A stretch of DNA of 64,000 nucleotides from an uncultured Sulfitobacter sp. GTDB lineage: Bacteria; Pseudomonadota; Alphaproteobacteria; Rhodobacterales; Rhodobacteraceae. Within the stretch, counting starts at the first letter, position 1; every line of letters begins with the position of its first letter. The translations under genes and the position numbers were made by a program. The stretch covers positions 6,256-70,255 of the forward strand of contig CAKZPD010000015.1 of assembly GCA_937138475.1 (NCBI GenBank), in the 5' to 3' direction. The notes below the pieces were generated by a model, which was not told where the DNA came from, did no database searches, and saw nothing but the letters and a program-made list of their open reading frames with translations. Below are positions 17,921 to 29,591 of this stretch, piece after piece.

Positions 17921-19402
17921 TTAACCTTCCTCGAACATGTTCTGCACCAGACGGTTCAGCGCGCGCACCCCCCAACCGGTGGCGCCTTTGGGGGCAAAGG
18001 TGCTGTCGGTTTTCAGATCGGCCACACCGGCGATATCCAGGTGAATCCAGGGGGTGTCGTCCTTGACAAACCGCTGCAGGAATTGCGCCGCGGTGATGGA
18101 TCCGGCCGGGCGGCCACCGATATTCTTCATATCCGCCACATTGGATTTCAACATATCGTCATAGGCTTTGCCCAAAGGCATGCGCCAGGCGCCCTCTTCC
18201 TCTTGGGTGGCGGCCTTCAGAAAGGCGGAGCACAGCGCATCATTGTTGGAAAACACACCGGCGTTTTCATGGCCCAGACCGATAATGATCGCCCCGGTCA
18301 GGGTTGCCAGATCAATCATGCCCGCCGGCGCAAAGCGTTCTTGGGCATACCACATGATATCGCACAACACCAAGCGCCCCTCGGCGTCAGTGTTGAGGAT
18401 TTCAACCGTGTCGCCTTTCATCGAACGGACAACATCGCCGGGGCGCACCGCATTGCCCGATGGCATGTTTTCCACCAATCCGACGATGCCAACCACATTG
18501 GCCTTGGCCCGGCGTTTCGCCAGGGCGCACATGGCCCCGGCAACCGTTCCCGCCCCGCCCATATCCATGGTCATGTCTTCCATCCCGGCGGCAGGTTTCA
18601 GGCTGATGCCGCCGGTGTCAAACACCACACCCTTGCCGATCAAGGCCAAGGGCGCCGCGTCTTGTGCCCCGCCGCGCCATTCCATCACCACAACCTTGGA
18701 CGGGCTGTCCGACCCCTGCCCGACCGCCAGCAAGGTGCGCATGCCAAGGGCCTCAAGCGCGTCTTCCTCCAGCACCTCAACCTTCAGGCCCAGATCCTGC
18801 ATCTGAACCAGGCGTTCTGCAAAGCTGGTTGTGGTCAATACGTTTGCCGGCTCATTCACCAGGTCGCGGGTCAGGAACGTTCCGGCGGCCACGGCCAACA
18901 ATGGCGCAGCATCGGTGCGGGCCTGATCCGGGGCGCTGCACATAACGGTGATCGCGCCTTTGGGCGCCTCGTCCCCGGTTTTGTGATCGGCAAAGCGGTA
19001 ATCGCGCAGCACCGCACCCATGGCCAATTCGGCTGGCCTGACCAAGGTGCCGGCACAAATCAACAGATCGGCCTTGCCGCGCAGCTTGCCAAGGTTGGCC
19101 CCGGCCTTGCGGGCCAATGCAGCGCTGGCGCTGCGCGGCAAACAGATGACATCCAGCGCCTCGGCCTCCATTCCGGCCGGGAAATCCAAGGTGAAATGCC
19201 CCGCCTCGGTCAAACCGCCATCTTTGCTTGCGGCTTTGGTGGCCAAGGCCCGCGCCAGCGCCCCACGGGTCAACCGGTTGACCCGCCGCCCCGCCGCATC
19301 CAGCCGCCCGGTTTTGTCGACAATCACCGCCACCCGGCCCCGTGTCTGCTTGATCTGTTCAATATCCGTTGCGTCAAAGGAAACTTTGGTCAGCTGTGTC
19401 AT
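17921..19402 (-). CDS. pepA: Leucyl aminopeptidase (M17)
   Basis: 493 aa with GKGVVFDTGGISLKP and NTDAEGRLVL motifs. Confidence 0.95.
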   Translation of the reverse strand: MTQLTKVSFDATDIEQIKQTRGRVAVIVDKTGRLDAAGRRVNRLTRGALARALATKAASKDGGLTEAGHFTLDFPAGMEAEALDVICLPRSASAALARKAGANLGKLRGKADLLICAGTLVRPAELAMGAVLRDYRFADHKTGDEAPKGAITVMCSAPDQARTDAAPLLAVAAGTFLTRDLVNEPANVLTTTSFAERLVQMQDLGLKVEVLEEDALEALGMRTLLAVGQGSDSPSKVVVMEWRGGAQDAAPLALIGKGVVFDTGGISLKPAAGMEDMTMDMGGAGTVAGAMCALAKRRAKANVVGIVGLVENMPSGNAVRPGDVVRSMKGDTVEILNTDAEGRLVLCDIMWYAQERFAPAGMIDLATLTGAIIIGLGHENAGVFSNNDALCSAFLKAATQEEEGAWRMPLGKAYDDMLKSNVADMKNIGGRPAGSITAAQFLQRFVKDDTPWIHLDIAGVADLKTDSTFAPKGATGWGVRALNRLVQNMFEEG

Positions 19403-19535
19403 TTTGTGGCCCTTTATCTGTTGCTTGGCTCAGACCTAGCGCGCTAAGGAGGGCTTGACCAGATAGCAGTTTTCCATGCCTGTCATTTGGTTTAACCTAT
19501 GCCACAACATCTAGTATCACGCGCAAGGGGGGACC

Positions 19536-20633
19536 GTGGCCAGATTTGACCGATATGTGCTGGCGCAGCTTTTGGTCATGTTTGGCTTTTTTGCCCTGAT
19601 TTTGGTCGCTGTTTTCTGGATCAACCGCGCGGTGGTGCTGTTTGATCGGCTGATTGGCGATGGTCAATCGGCGCTGGTCTTTGCTGAATTTACCGCCCTT
19701 GGCCTGCCGTCGCTGATCTTTACGGTATTGCCCATCGCCAGCTTTGGCGCCGCGGTTTATGTCACCAACCGTCTTAGCAACGAGAGTGAGCTGTTGGTGA
19801 TGCAAGCCACCGGTTCGGGTCCGCTGGCCTTGGCGCGGCCCTTTGTGGTCTTTGCCGCGATTGTCGTGGTTATGGCTTCGGCGCTTAGCCATTATTTGCA
19901 ACCCTTGGCCAAGGCCCAACTGTCACTGCGCGAGGCTGAGATTTCGCGCAACATCACCGCGCGGCTGTTGACCGAGGGCACCTTCCTGCATCCCACACGG
20001 GGCGTCACATTCTATACCCGCGAAATCGGCGGGGATGGTGTGTTGCGTGATGTGTTCTTATCGGATCGTCGCACCCCCGGCGAAGGGGTCATCTATTCGG
20101 CAAGCGAAGCATACCTGGTGCAAAATGACGGTGAAAGCACGTTGATCATGGTAAACGGGTTGGCGCAACGGCTTGATGTTCAGGCGAAAAATCTTGCAAC
20201 CGCCCGATTTCGCGATCTTAGCTTTGATATCTCGAACTTGATGCGCCGGGGGGATCCCGGCGAGGCGGTTCTTGATTATATGACCACCCCTGCCCTGATC
20301 TTGACTCCGCCCAGCGGCGACCGGGCCGAGGCCTTGCACAGCCGGCTTGCCCGCCCGCTGTTTGCCGGGGTCGCCGCGCTTGTCGGGTTTAGCGCGCTGT
20401 TGATCGGCGGATTTTCCCGGTTTGGCGTCTGGCGCGAGGTCATCTGGGCCTTTGGCCTTTTGCTGGTGTTGGACGGGATGCGCGGGGCATTGCAGGCCAG
20501 CTTGCGCAGCGACCCGTCGCATTGGCCGCTGGCCTATCTGCCGGCCGGTTTGGGAATGATCCTGACCGCATTGATGCTGCGCCATGCGGCCGTGCCGTTT
20601 TGGCTGCACCGCCTTCGGAGACGCCCGGCATGA
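19536..20633 (+). CDS. lptF: LPS export ABC permease LptF
   Basis: YjgP/YjgQ family. GTG start with a GGGGGG RBS. N-terminus MARFDRYVLAQ. Confidence 0.9.
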   Translation: MARFDRYVLAQLLVMFGFFALILVAVFWINRAVVLFDRLIGDGQSALVFAEFTALGLPSLIFTVLPIASFGAAVYVTNRLSNESELLVMQATGSGPLALARPFVVFAAIVVVMASALSHYLQPLAKAQLSLREAEISRNITARLLTEGTFLHPTRGVTFYTREIGGDGVLRDVFLSDRRTPGEGVIYSASEAYLVQNDGESTLIMVNGLAQRLDVQAKNLATARFRDLSFDISNLMRRGDPGEAVLDYMTTPALILTPPSGDRAEALHSRLARPLFAGVAALVGFSALLIGGFSRFGVWREVIWAFGLLLVLDGMRGALQASLRSDPSHWPLAYLPAGLGMILTALMLRHAAVPFWLHRLRRRPA

Positions 20634-21730
20634 TCTTGCATTTCTATTTCGCCCGGCGGTTCCTGGCCAGTTTCGCGTTGATTTTTATCGTGCTTTTTGC
20701 CCTGGTGATGCTGGTTGATCTGGTGGATCAGTCGCGCCGCTTTGCCGAAGACGGCCTTGGGTTCGATCAATTGCTGGGCCTTTCGCTGCTAAGCGTGCCG
20801 GAAACGATCAATCAAATATTGCCGCTTATGATGATCTTGGCGACCGTGACGCTGTTTACCCGCCTGGCGCGCAGTTCCGAGCTGGTGGCGACACGGGCGG
20901 CGGGGCGGTCTGGCCTGACGTTCTTGGCCGGCCCTTTGGCGGTGGCGGGGGTGATCGGCCTGTTGGCGGTGGCGGTGCTGAACCCGATTGTCGCCGCCAC
21001 GTCAAAGCAATTCGCCCAAAAGTCTGAGGTATATAAAACCGGTGGGCGCGCCGCATTGTCGATTTCAGACGAAGGTCTTTGGCTGCGCCAAGGCAATCCA
21101 GGCGGCGGGCAAACGGTGATCCGGGCCTGGCGGTCGAATGCCGATGCCTCGGTCTTGTATGACGTGACCTTTGTGGATTACGCCCCTGATCAGGGACCGG
21201 TGCGCCGGATCGAAGCCCAAAGCGCCGCGCTTGGGGCCGGTGGCTGGCATCTGAGCCAGGCCAAGATTTGGCCGCTGAATGCCGGCACCAACCCGGAAAC
21301 CAATGCGCAAGTTTTTGACCGCTTTGACCTTGAAACGACCCTGACATTGGACCGGATACGCGACAGTTTCGGCACCCCCAGCACCCTGCCCATTTGGGAT
21401 CTTCCGGCGTTTATCACCCAGCTTGAGCAGGCCGGCTTTTCGGCGCGTCTGCATCAGGTGTGGCTGCAATCTGAATTGGCCCGCCCGCTGTTTCTGATCG
21501 CCATGGTGTTGGTGGCCAGCGCCTTTACCATGCGCCACAGCCGGTTTGGCGGCACCGGGGTGGCGGTGTTGACGGCGGTGTTGCTGGGGTTTGGCCTTTA
21601 TTTCATTCGCAGTTTCGCGCTTATTCTGGGCGAAAACGGCCAGATTTCGGTGCTGTTGGCGGCCTGGGCCGCGCCGCTGGCTTCGGTTATGTTGGCGCTG
21701 GGGTTGGTGCTGCACATGGAGGACGGATAA
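20630..21730 (+). CDS. lptG: LPS export ABC permease LptG
   Basis: YjgP/YjgQ family. The ATG at 20630 overlaps the lptF stop (ATGA). The track ORF is over-extended at its 5' end. Confidence 0.9.
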   Translation: MILHFYFARRFLASFALIFIVLFALVMLVDLVDQSRRFAEDGLGFDQLLGLSLLSVPETINQILPLMMILATVTLFTRLARSSELVATRAAGRSGLTFLAGPLAVAGVIGLLAVAVLNPIVAATSKQFAQKSEVYKTGGRAALSISDEGLWLRQGNPGGGQTVIRAWRSNADASVLYDVTFVDYAPDQGPVRRIEAQSAALGAGGWHLSQAKIWPLNAGTNPETNAQVFDRFDLETTLTLDRIRDSFGTPSTLPIWDLPAFITQLEQAGFSARLHQVWLQSELARPLFLIAMVLVASAFTMRHSRFGGTGVAVLTAVLLGFGLYFIRSFALILGENGQISVLLAAWAAPLASVMLALGLVLHMEDG

Positions 21731-21732
21731 CC

Positions 21733-23832
21733 ATGCGCGCCTTTTTCTTTGCGACGCTGATGGCGTTGATGCCTTTGGCCGGCCTGGCCCAAAGCGCGGC
21801 AACATTGATCGCCGACCGGCTGGTGATCGACCAAAACCGCCGGCTTATCGCCACCGGCAACGTCGAGGCATTTCTGGGCAGCGCGCGGCTGACGGCGCGT
21901 GAAATTCGGTTTGATCGTGGCAGCGGCCGCCTTGAGATCATCGGGCCGATCACCTTGCAAGATGGCGAGGATATTCAGATTTTGGCCAATGCCGCCTCGC
22001 TGGATCCAAAGCTGCAATCGGGGTTGCTCAGCGGGGCGCGGCTGATCCTTAATCAACAGTTGCGGCTGAATGCCGATCAAATCAAGCGCAGCCAAGGCCA
22101 TCTCACAGAACTTGAAGAGCCAAGCGTAACATCCTGTAAGATATGCGGAAACGAGACACCATTGTGGCAAATCAAGGCCCAACGTGTGGTGCATGATCAA
22201 ACGTTGCAGCGGCTTTACTTTTATCAGGCGCGGCTGCTGATCAAGGATGTTCCGGTCCTTTATATCCCGCGCCTGCACCTGCCCGATCCTTCGGTCGAAA
22301 GGGCAAGCGGTTTTTTGATCCCGTCGCTGGTCAGCACCTCTCAGCTTGGCACAGGTGTGCGGGTGCCGTATTTCTGGGCGCTGGATGCGCACCGCGATCT
22401 GACCATTACCCCCTATCTTTCGGCGCGCACGCGCACGGTGGGCTTGCGCTATCGGCAGGCTTTTGTAACGGGGGATCTTCAGGTTGACTGGGCGCTGACC
22501 GATGACACCCTGCGGCCGGGGGCGACGCGCGGCTTTGTCTTTGCCCAAGGTCAATATGCCCTGCCCGATGATTTCAATTTTGGCTTTGCCCTCGAGGTGG
22601 TCAGCGATGACGCCTATCTTCAGGAATATGGCGTTTCGGCCAAGGACCGGTTGACCAACGATGTGTCGCTGTGGCGGGCGCGGGCGGATCAATACATCGG
22701 GCTCAGTGCGCTGAACTTTAAGTCGTTGCGCGAAGGCGAGGAAAACGCCACCCTGCCAACCCTGGTTCTGGATGGCACCTATGAGGCGCGGATGCCGGCG
22801 ATGCTGGGCGGCACGCTTCAGACCAGCCTCAGCAGCCACAGCCATTACCGAACCTCGACTGCGGATGTGCTTGGGCGCGATGTGAACCGTCTGAACGCCG
22901 AGGCCGATTGGCTGCGGCAATGGACCCTGTCCAGCGGTGTTCAGCTGGCCGCCCAGTTTGGCACGACAATGGATGCCTTTCGCATTCACCAAGACAGCGG
23001 TTTTGACAGCGCACAGGCCGCCATGGCCCCGCGCGCGGCGCTGACCCTGCGTTTGCCCATGCAGCGACAGACCAAACAGGCACGCCAAAACCTTGAGCCG
23101 GTGGCGATGATCGGCTGGGCCGGCGATACCGGCCTGGCGCTGCCCAACGACGAAAGCACCCGCGTTGAATTTGACGAAGGGAACCTGTTTGCCTTGTCGC
23201 GCTTTCCACGCCCCGACCGGCGCGAGGCCGGCGCCTTTGGCGCCTTTGGCCTGGGCTGGAGCCGCCTGCCCCCGAACGGCGGCAGCCAAAGCCTGACCTT
23301 TGGGCAGATCCTGCGCGCCGCGCCCGACAGCGGTTTTACCCTGTCCTCGGGGCTGAGCGGTGGCAGCTCTGATCTGTTGATGGCCGGACAGATCATCGCC
23401 CCCGGCGGCAACGCCCTGGCCCTGCGCAGCCTGTTCAACGAACGGCTTGATTTCACCAAGGCCGAACTGCGCGGCACATGGCAGGCCGGCGGCCACAGCT
23501 TGTCGGGCAGCTATTTGTGGCTGCGAGAAGACAGCGCCGAGCTGCGTTTGCGCGATACCTCTGAATTCAACCTGTCCAGCGGCGTCAAGCTGACCCGCCA
23601 TTGGCAGGCAAACGCCGATTGGCGCTTTGATTTGGCCGACGATCGGTCGGCCACGGCGGGCTTGGGTCTGACCTATAACAATGAATGTGTGACGGTTAAC
23701 TTTTCCGTCGACCGGCGCTATACCGCATCGACCAGTCTGGAACCTTCGACCAATTTGGGATTTACCGTTGGCTTGCGCGGGTTTTCAGCGCAAAAAGGGA
23801 CCGAACGCTTTGCACGCACTTGCAGAAAGTAA
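21733..23832 (+). CDS. lptD: LPS assembly outer-membrane protein LptD
   Basis: 699 aa with a signal peptide, an OstA-like N-domain and a beta-barrel-type C-terminus. It is syntenic with surA-pdxA-rsmA. Confidence 0.9.
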   Translation: MRAFFFATLMALMPLAGLAQSAATLIADRLVIDQNRRLIATGNVEAFLGSARLTAREIRFDRGSGRLEIIGPITLQDGEDIQILANAASLDPKLQSGLLSGARLILNQQLRLNADQIKRSQGHLTELEEPSVTSCKICGNETPLWQIKAQRVVHDQTLQRLYFYQARLLIKDVPVLYIPRLHLPDPSVERASGFLIPSLVSTSQLGTGVRVPYFWALDAHRDLTITPYLSARTRTVGLRYRQAFVTGDLQVDWALTDDTLRPGATRGFVFAQGQYALPDDFNFGFALEVVSDDAYLQEYGVSAKDRLTNDVSLWRARADQYIGLSALNFKSLREGEENATLPTLVLDGTYEARMPAMLGGTLQTSLSSHSHYRTSTADVLGRDVNRLNAEADWLRQWTLSSGVQLAAQFGTTMDAFRIHQDSGFDSAQAAMAPRAALTLRLPMQRQTKQARQNLEPVAMIGWAGDTGLALPNDESTRVEFDEGNLFALSRFPRPDRREAGAFGAFGLGWSRLPPNGGSQSLTFGQILRAAPDSGFTLSSGLSGGSSDLLMAGQIIAPGGNALALRSLFNERLDFTKAELRGTWQAGGHSLSGSYLWLREDSAELRLRDTSEFNLSSGVKLTRHWQANADWRFDLADDRSATAGLGLTYNNECVTVNFSVDRRYTASTSLEPSTNLGFTVGLRGFSAQKGTERFARTCRK

Positions 23833-23835
23833 ACC

Positions 23836-25038
23836 ATGATGATTTCAGTTTCGTTCAAATCCTTGTTGCTGGCGGGTCTGACCTGTGTGTCCCTGACCGG
23901 GGCGGCGCTGGCCCAAAACCTGTTTTCCGTCGTGGTCAAGGTAAATGACCGGGTCGTCACAGAATACGAGGTACAACAGCGGCAATTATTCCTGCGGACG
24001 CTGAATGCGCCGGGGGGCGGCCGTGATGCGGTGATCGAGGCCCTGATCGAAGATCGCCTGCGCATGGGCGCGGCCCAAGCGGCCGGGCTGGCGCTGACCG
24101 ACGAGGGCACACAGGCCGCGCTGGCCGAATTCGCCGCCCGTGCCAATATGGACACCGACAGCTTTGTCCAGGCGCTGCAAGACAGCGGCGTGTCCCGTGA
24201 AACCTTTCGCGATTATGTGGTGAATGGCACCTTGTGGCGCGAAGTCGTGCGGGCCCGCTATGGCAATTTGGTGCAGATCAGCGAAGCCGAAATCGACCGC
24301 GCCCTGGCCGCCGCCACCGCCGGAAGCGGCCTGCGGGTTCTGGTGTCGGAAATCATTTTGCCCCTGCAACAAGGCAACGAACAAGCTGCCGCCCAATTGG
24401 CCGAGGACATTGCCCAGATCACCGATCAGGCGCTGTTCTCGCAATATGCACAGCGCTATTCCGCGGCGCCCTCGCGCGGCAATGGCGGCCGGCTTGACTG
24501 GCAGGATATCAGCAAATTACCGGCCAGTTTGCGGCCGATCCTGTTGGGGCTGGCGCCCGGCGATGTGACCGACCCCTTGACCATTCCCGGCGCCCTGGCC
24601 CTGTTTCAGCTGCGCGACATCACCGAGGTCGCAGGCCAATCAGGCCAGGCGGCTGACGCGGCGCTTGATTATGCCGTCTATTCGCTGGCCAATCCGGCCC
24701 GCGCCGACCAGCTGCGCCAAAGCGTTGACACCTGTGATGATCTTTATGGGGCCGCCCTTGGTAATCCGGGCGAAACGCTGCTGCGTCAAACCACGGCGCC
24801 CGGCGAAATATCAAGCGATATCAGGGGAAAACTTGCCGATCTTGATGCAGACGAAAGCGTGATCATGCCGCGCGATGATGGGGTGGTTCTGGTCATGCTG
24901 TGCGGGCGCACGGCCTTGATCAACCAAGACACCAGCCGCGAAGACATGGCCAACAGCCTGCGCGGCGCCCGGCTTGAGGGGTATGCCGCGACCTTGCTTG
25001 AACAATTGCGTGCCGACGCCCGTATCTTGTGGCAATGA
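23836..25038 (+). CDS. surA: Periplasmic chaperone / peptidyl-prolyl isomerase SurA
   Basis: Signal peptide, SurA N-domain-like sequence, and conserved lptD-surA-pdxA synteny. Confidence 0.85.
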   Translation: MMISVSFKSLLLAGLTCVSLTGAALAQNLFSVVVKVNDRVVTEYEVQQRQLFLRTLNAPGGGRDAVIEALIEDRLRMGAAQAAGLALTDEGTQAALAEFAARANMDTDSFVQALQDSGVSRETFRDYVVNGTLWREVVRARYGNLVQISEAEIDRALAAATAGSGLRVLVSEIILPLQQGNEQAAAQLAEDIAQITDQALFSQYAQRYSAAPSRGNGGRLDWQDISKLPASLRPILLGLAPGDVTDPLTIPGALALFQLRDITEVAGQSGQAADAALDYAVYSLANPARADQLRQSVDTCDDLYGAALGNPGETLLRQTTAPGEISSDIRGKLADLDADESVIMPRDDGVVLVMLCGRTALINQDTSREDMANSLRGARLEGYAATLLEQLRADARILWQ

Positions 25039-26003
25039 CCGCCCCGATTGCAATCACCTGCGGTGAGCCGTCGGGCATCGGCCCTGAAATTGCCTATCGT
25101 GCCTGGCAAAAGCTGGGGGAAACCATGGCGCTGTTCTGGATCGGAGACCCGCGCCACCTGCCCAAGGGCGCGCGGTTTGACGAAATCACCCGGCCCCAGG
25201 ATGCCCGCGCCGGCGCCGGCGCTTTGCCGGTGTTGCCGCATGTTTTTGCCGGCGCCGCCACCCCCGGCCGCCCCGATCCGCGCAACGCCCAAGGGGTGAT
25301 TGATGTGATCGCCCGTGCGGTCGATCTGGTCCAATCTGGTCACGCATCGGCCCTGTGCACCGCGCCCATTCACAAAAAGGCATTGGTGGATGGGGCGGGA
25401 TTTGCCTATCCCGGCCACACCGAATATCTGGCCGCTTTGGCGGGGGATGTGCCGGTGGTGATGATGCTGGCCTCGGACCGGCTCCGGGTGGTGCCTGCCA
25501 CCATTCATATCGCCCTTGATCAGGTGGCAACGCGGCTGACCCCGCACCTGCTTGAGCAAACGATCATCCTGACCGACCGGGCGCTGCGCAATCAGTTTGG
25601 CATCCAGGCGCCGCGCATTGCCGTGGCAGGGTTGAACCCCCACGCCGGCGAAGGTGGCCAGATGGGCACGCAAGAAGGTCTGTGGATCACCGGGTTGATT
25701 GACCGGATGCGCCAAGACGGGCTTGACCTGCAAGGCCCGCTGCCCGCCGATACGATGTTTCACGCCGCCGCCCGCCGGCGCTATGACGCGGCGATTGCCA
25801 TGTATCACGATCAGGCGCTGATCCCGATCAAGACGCTGGATTTTGATCGCGGTGTCAATGTGACGCTGGGCCTGCCGTTTGTCCGCACCTCGCCCGATCA
25901 TGGCACGGCGTTTGATATCGCCGGACAAGGCATCGCCAACCCGACCAGTATGATCTGTGCCCTGCAAATGGCTGCGGATATGGCAAAAAAGGCCCAAAGA
26001 TGA
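25035..26003 (+). CDS. pdxA: 4-hydroxythreonine-4-phosphate dehydrogenase
   Basis: [20 protein letters not shown] and [13 protein letters not shown] motifs. The ATG at 25035 overlaps the surA stop (ATGA). Confidence 0.95.
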   Translation: MTAPIAITCGEPSGIGPEIAYRAWQKLGETMALFWIGDPRHLPKGARFDEITRPQDARAGAGALPVLPHVFAGAATPGRPDPRNAQGVIDVIARAVDLVQSGHASALCTAPIHKKALVDGAGFAYPGHTEYLAALAGDVPVVMMLASDRLRVVPATIHIALDQVATRLTPHLLEQTIILTDRALRNQFGIQAPRIAVAGLNPHAGEGGQMGTQEGLWITGLIDRMRQDGLDLQGPLPADTMFHAAARRRYDAAIAMYHDQALIPIKTLDFDRGVNVTLGLPFVRTSPDHGTAFDIAGQGIANPTSMICALQMAADMAKKAQR

Positions 26004-26842
26004 GCACAATCGACACCCTGCCGCCGCTGCGCGAGGTTCTGACCACCCATGATCTTCAGGCGCGCAAGTCCATGGGCCAGAACTTTTTGCTGGATCTGAA
26101 CCTGACCGCCAAGATTGCCCGACAGGCCGGTGATTTGACCGGCTGTGACGTTCTGGAAATCGGCCCCGGTCCGGGCGGTTTGACCCGTGGTTTGTTGGCC
26201 GAAGGGGCGCGCCGGGTGCTGGCCATCGAAAAAGACCGCCGCTGTTTGCCGGCGCTGGCTGAAATTCAGGCCGCCTATCCAGATCGTCTGGCGGTGATCG
26301 AAGGGGACGCCCTTGAAATCGACCCGCTGTCGCATTTGTCTGCGCCGATCCGCGTGGTGGCCAACCTGCCCTATAACGTCGGGACCGAATTGTTGGTGCG
26401 CTGGCTGACGCCCAAGACCTGGCCGCCGTTCTGGCAAAGCCTGACCTTGATGTTCCAACGCGAGGTCGCGGAACGTATCGTCGCCACACCAGGCAGCAAA
26501 GCCTATGGCCGGTTGGCGATCTTGGCCCAGTGGCGCAGCGACGCGCGCATTGTGCTTCAGCTCCCGCCCGAGGCCTTTACCCCGCCGCCAAAAGTTTCCA
26601 GCAGCGTGGTGCATTTGACCGCCCTGCCCAAGCCACGATTTGAGGCCGACGCCGCAGTGTTGTCGCGGGTTGTTGCGGCGGGCTTTAATCAACGCCGCAA
26701 GATGCTGCGGGCCTCGCTCAAGGGGGTTGCCCCCGATATCGAAGACCGCCTTCTGGCCGCCGGAATTGCCCCGACTGAACGCGCTGAAAAAGTCGATCTA
26801 GAGCGGTTTTGCGCCCTGGCGCGCGCTGTCGCGAAACCCTAA
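26000..26842 (+). CDS. rsmA: 16S rRNA (adenine1518/1519-N6)-dimethyltransferase
   Basis: [15 protein letters not shown] motif and NLPYNVG. The start overlaps the pdxA stop. Confidence 0.95.
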   Translation: MSTIDTLPPLREVLTTHDLQARKSMGQNFLLDLNLTAKIARQAGDLTGCDVLEIGPGPGGLTRGLLAEGARRVLAIEKDRRCLPALAEIQAAYPDRLAVIEGDALEIDPLSHLSAPIRVVANLPYNVGTELLVRWLTPKTWPPFWQSLTLMFQREVAERIVATPGSKAYGRLAILAQWRSDARIVLQLPPEAFTPPPKVSSSVVHLTALPKPRFEADAAVLSRVVAAGFNQRRKMLRASLKGVAPDIEDRLLAAGIAPTERAEKVDLERFCALARAVAKP

Positions 26843-26849
26843 ATTCCAA

Positions 26850-26878
26850 ATAAAAACGCCAGCTTGCAGGCTGGCGTT
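26850..26878 (-). terminator. Rho-independent terminator downstream of the DUF4167 gene
   Basis: A 9-bp stem (AACGCCAGC/GCTGGCGTT, 26855-26863/26870-26878) with a 6-nt loop, followed on the minus strand by TTTTTATTT. Confidence 0.7.
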
Positions 26879-26882
26879 CATG

Positions 26883-27416
26883 TTATTCTGCGGCTTCTGT
26901 GCCACTGTCCGTGGGCGGCGTCTGATCCGCCGGTTTCGGCCGGGGTTTGCGGCGCGGCGCCCGCTTGGGTTTGGGCTGGCTTTCGGGGGTTTCCACCAGA
27001 TTGCTGTCGCCGTCGTCGTCGCTGCTGGTGCTGATCACATCGGGTTGCGGCGCATCGGCGGGATCGGCGGCATCACGTTCCTGACGTTCGGCGCGCTCGC
27101 GGTCGCGTTCGGCCTGGCGTTCCTTGTTCTGGCGCTCTTGCTCTTCGCGGCGGGCGTCCATCTCGCGCTGTGCTTCGCTAAGCAGGCGGGTATAGTGTTC
27201 GGCGTGCTGTTGAAAATTCTCAAAGGCCACACGGTCGTTGCTAAGATGCGCATCACGGGCCAGCTGATTATATTTTTCAATGATTTGCTGCGGCGTGCCG
27301 CGGACTTTGCCCTCGGGGCCCGAGCTGTCGAAAACCCGGTTGATGACGTTGCCGCCGGTATGGGGCGATCTGTTGCGATTGCCTTTTGAACGTGACCGTG
27401 ATCGTGAGGATTTCAT
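26883..27416 (-). CDS. DUF4167 domain protein (basic N-terminus, acidic/charged C-terminus)
   Basis: The N-terminus (RSRSKGNRNR...VFDSSGPEGKVRGTPQQIIEKYNQLARDA) matches the conserved alphaproteobacterial DUF4167 pattern. Confidence 0.75.
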   Translation of the reverse strand: MKSSRSRSRSKGNRNRSPHTGGNVINRVFDSSGPEGKVRGTPQQIIEKYNQLARDAHLSNDRVAFENFQQHAEHYTRLLSEAQREMDARREEQERQNKERQAERDRERAERQERDAADPADAPQPDVISTSSDDDGDSNLVETPESQPKPKRAPRRKPRPKPADQTPPTDSGTEAAE

Positions 27417-27635
27417 GAAGTAAGCTCAGCCTTCGTGCTGTGGATCGGTGAACCGGATGCGCATGCTACGCGATAAATCTTGCCGGAAGTTCGAATTGTT
27501 GGGCATAATGCCGCTCGGGACGCGAAACCGCATCCACCGCTGCAACACCTTTGAATAACCACGACAAACGCGGCGCCGCAAGGGTAAATCCCAAAATTTC
27601 CCCGAATATGGCGCATTTAGGTGAAAATATGGTTT

Positions 27636-28478
27636 TTAGGCGGCACGCATGGCGATCAAAATGCGGGGTCGGTCATCCAGATCGTTCAAAATCGTCAACG
27701 CGTCCCAACCGGCATCGGCGAAAATTTTGCGGACCTGGGGGGCTTGGCCGGCGCCAAATTCAACGATGACCCGGCCATCGGGGTGCAAAAATGGCATCGC
27801 CTGATGTGCGATAATCCGATAGGCGCTCAGCCCGTCGGCCTCGTCTGTCAGGGCCATGCGCGGCTCATAATCGCGCAGCTCGGGTTGCACGCTGTGCATT
27901 TCCTCCGCCGCCAGATAGGGCGGATTCGAGACGATCAGATCAAACTGACCGCTGGCAGCGGCAAACCAATCAGATTGCGCAATAACCGCGCGGCCCGCCA
28001 CCCCGTGGCGCAGCGCATTGGCGCTGGCTTGCAGGCAGGCGGCCTCGCTTAGGTCCAGTCCGACGCCGGTCGCCTGCGGGGCCTCGGACAGCAAGGTCAC
28101 CAAGATACATCCCGACCCGGTGCCCAGATCCAGCAGCTGGCCAAACGGCTGTGCCAGTGCTGCCTCGATCAGGGTTTCTGTTTCGGGGCGCGGATCCAGA
28201 ACATCGCCGCTGACCATGAACTTGCGGCCATAAAAGGCGCGCTCTCCGATCAGGTGCGATACCGGAACCCGCACCGCACGCAGCGAAATCAGCGCCTCGA
28301 ACCGTTCGGCAATCTCGGGCGATATTGCCTCGGGGGCGATCAGGGTGACGCGGGCGGCATCGACCTTGGCCGCATGGGCCAGCAACAGGCGGGCATCGCG
28401 CGCCGGATCGGGCACCCCTGCCGCCCGCAGCTTGGCCGCCGCCGCCGCCATGGCCATGGCTGCTGTTGGCGCGCTCAT
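27636..28478 (-). CDS. prmC: Release-factor glutamine methyltransferase
   Basis: [12 protein letters not shown] motif and NPPY catalytic motif. The start overlaps the prfA stop. Confidence 0.9.
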   Translation of the reverse strand: MSAPTAAMAMAAAAAKLRAAGVPDPARDARLLLAHAAKVDAARVTLIAPEAISPEIAERFEALISLRAVRVPVSHLIGERAFYGRKFMVSGDVLDPRPETETLIEAALAQPFGQLLDLGTGSGCILVTLLSEAPQATGVGLDLSEAACLQASANALRHGVAGRAVIAQSDWFAAASGQFDLIVSNPPYLAAEEMHSVQPELRDYEPRMALTDEADGLSAYRIIAHQAMPFLHPDGRVIVEFGAGQAPQVRKIFADAGWDALTILNDLDDRPRILIAMRAA

Positions 28479-29530
28479 TGTCCCATCTGCGCCATCTGGC
28501 GGGCCTGGGCATCGGCGGTCAGCGCGTCGATGATTTCATCCAGATCGCCCTGCAAAATGGCATCCAGACGATACAGCGTCAGATTGATCCGGTGATCGGT
28601 CATCCGGCCTTGCGGAAAATTATAGGTTCTGATCCGCTCTGACCGGTCGCCGCTGCCGACCTGGGCGGCGCGGTCGGCTGACCGGGCGCTGTCCATCCGC
28701 TGGCGTTCCAGATCATAAAGCCGGGTTTTCAGCACCTGCATGGCGATCTCGCGGTTGCGGTGCTGGGATTTCTCCGAGCTGGTGACAACGATGCCGCTGG
28801 GCAGGTGGGTGATCCGCACCGCTGAATCGGTGGTGTTGACGTGCTGCCCCCCCGCCCCGCTGGCGCGCATGGTGTCGATGCGGATATCACCGGGGTCGAT
28901 CTGAATATCCACGTCCACGGCCTCGGGCAGCACGGCAACCGTCGCAGCCGATGTGTGGATGCGCCCACCGCTTTCGGTGCTGGGCACGCGCTGCACCCGG
29001 TGCACGCCGCTTTCGTATTTCAGCCGGGCAAAGACGTTCTGCCCCTTGATATGGGCGACCACCTCTTTGATGCCGCCCAATTCGGTTTCCTGCAATTCGA
29101 TGATGTCGAACTGCCAACCGCGGGCCTCGGCAAAGCGCTGATACATCCGCAGCAGATCACCGGCAAACAGCGCCGCCTCGTCACCGCCGGTGCCGGGGCG
29201 GATTTCCAGCATCGCCGGGCGGGCATCGGCCGCATCCTTGGGCAACAGCGCCAGTTGCAGCGCCGCCTCGGCGGCCGGCAGGGCGGCTTTCAGGCGCGGC
29301 AGCTCTTCCTCGGCCAGCTCGGCCATATCGGGGTCGGCCAGCAGGCTGCGCGCCTCGTCCATATCGGCCAAAAGCTGCCGATAGGCGGCGATTTGTTCCA
29401 CCACGGGGCGCAGATCTGAATATTCGCGCGCCAGCGTTGCAATATCCGCGCCGCCCCCGCCCAAGGCCATGGCCGCTTCCAGATACTCAAAGCGCTGTTT
29501 TATTTGTTCAAGTCGGTCAATTGGGATCAT
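28475..29530 (-). CDS. prfA: Peptide chain release factor 1
   Basis: GGQ motif ([11 protein letters not shown]) and RF1-type PST tripeptide (RVPSTES). Confidence 0.95.
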   Translation of the reverse strand: MIPIDRLEQIKQRFEYLEAAMALGGGGADIATLAREYSDLRPVVEQIAAYRQLLADMDEARSLLADPDMAELAEEELPRLKAALPAAEAALQLALLPKDAADARPAMLEIRPGTGGDEAALFAGDLLRMYQRFAEARGWQFDIIELQETELGGIKEVVAHIKGQNVFARLKYESGVHRVQRVPSTESGGRIHTSAATVAVLPEAVDVDIQIDPGDIRIDTMRASGAGGQHVNTTDSAVRITHLPSGIVVTSSEKSQHRNREIAMQVLKTRLYDLERQRMDSARSADRAAQVGSGDRSERIRTYNFPQGRMTDHRINLTLYRLDAILQGDLDEIIDALTADAQARQMAQMGQ

Positions 29531-29591
29531 GCCTGTCTGTGCGGTATTGAAAGGTTTTGGTCAAGGTGCCGCGCTATGATAGACTGTGATT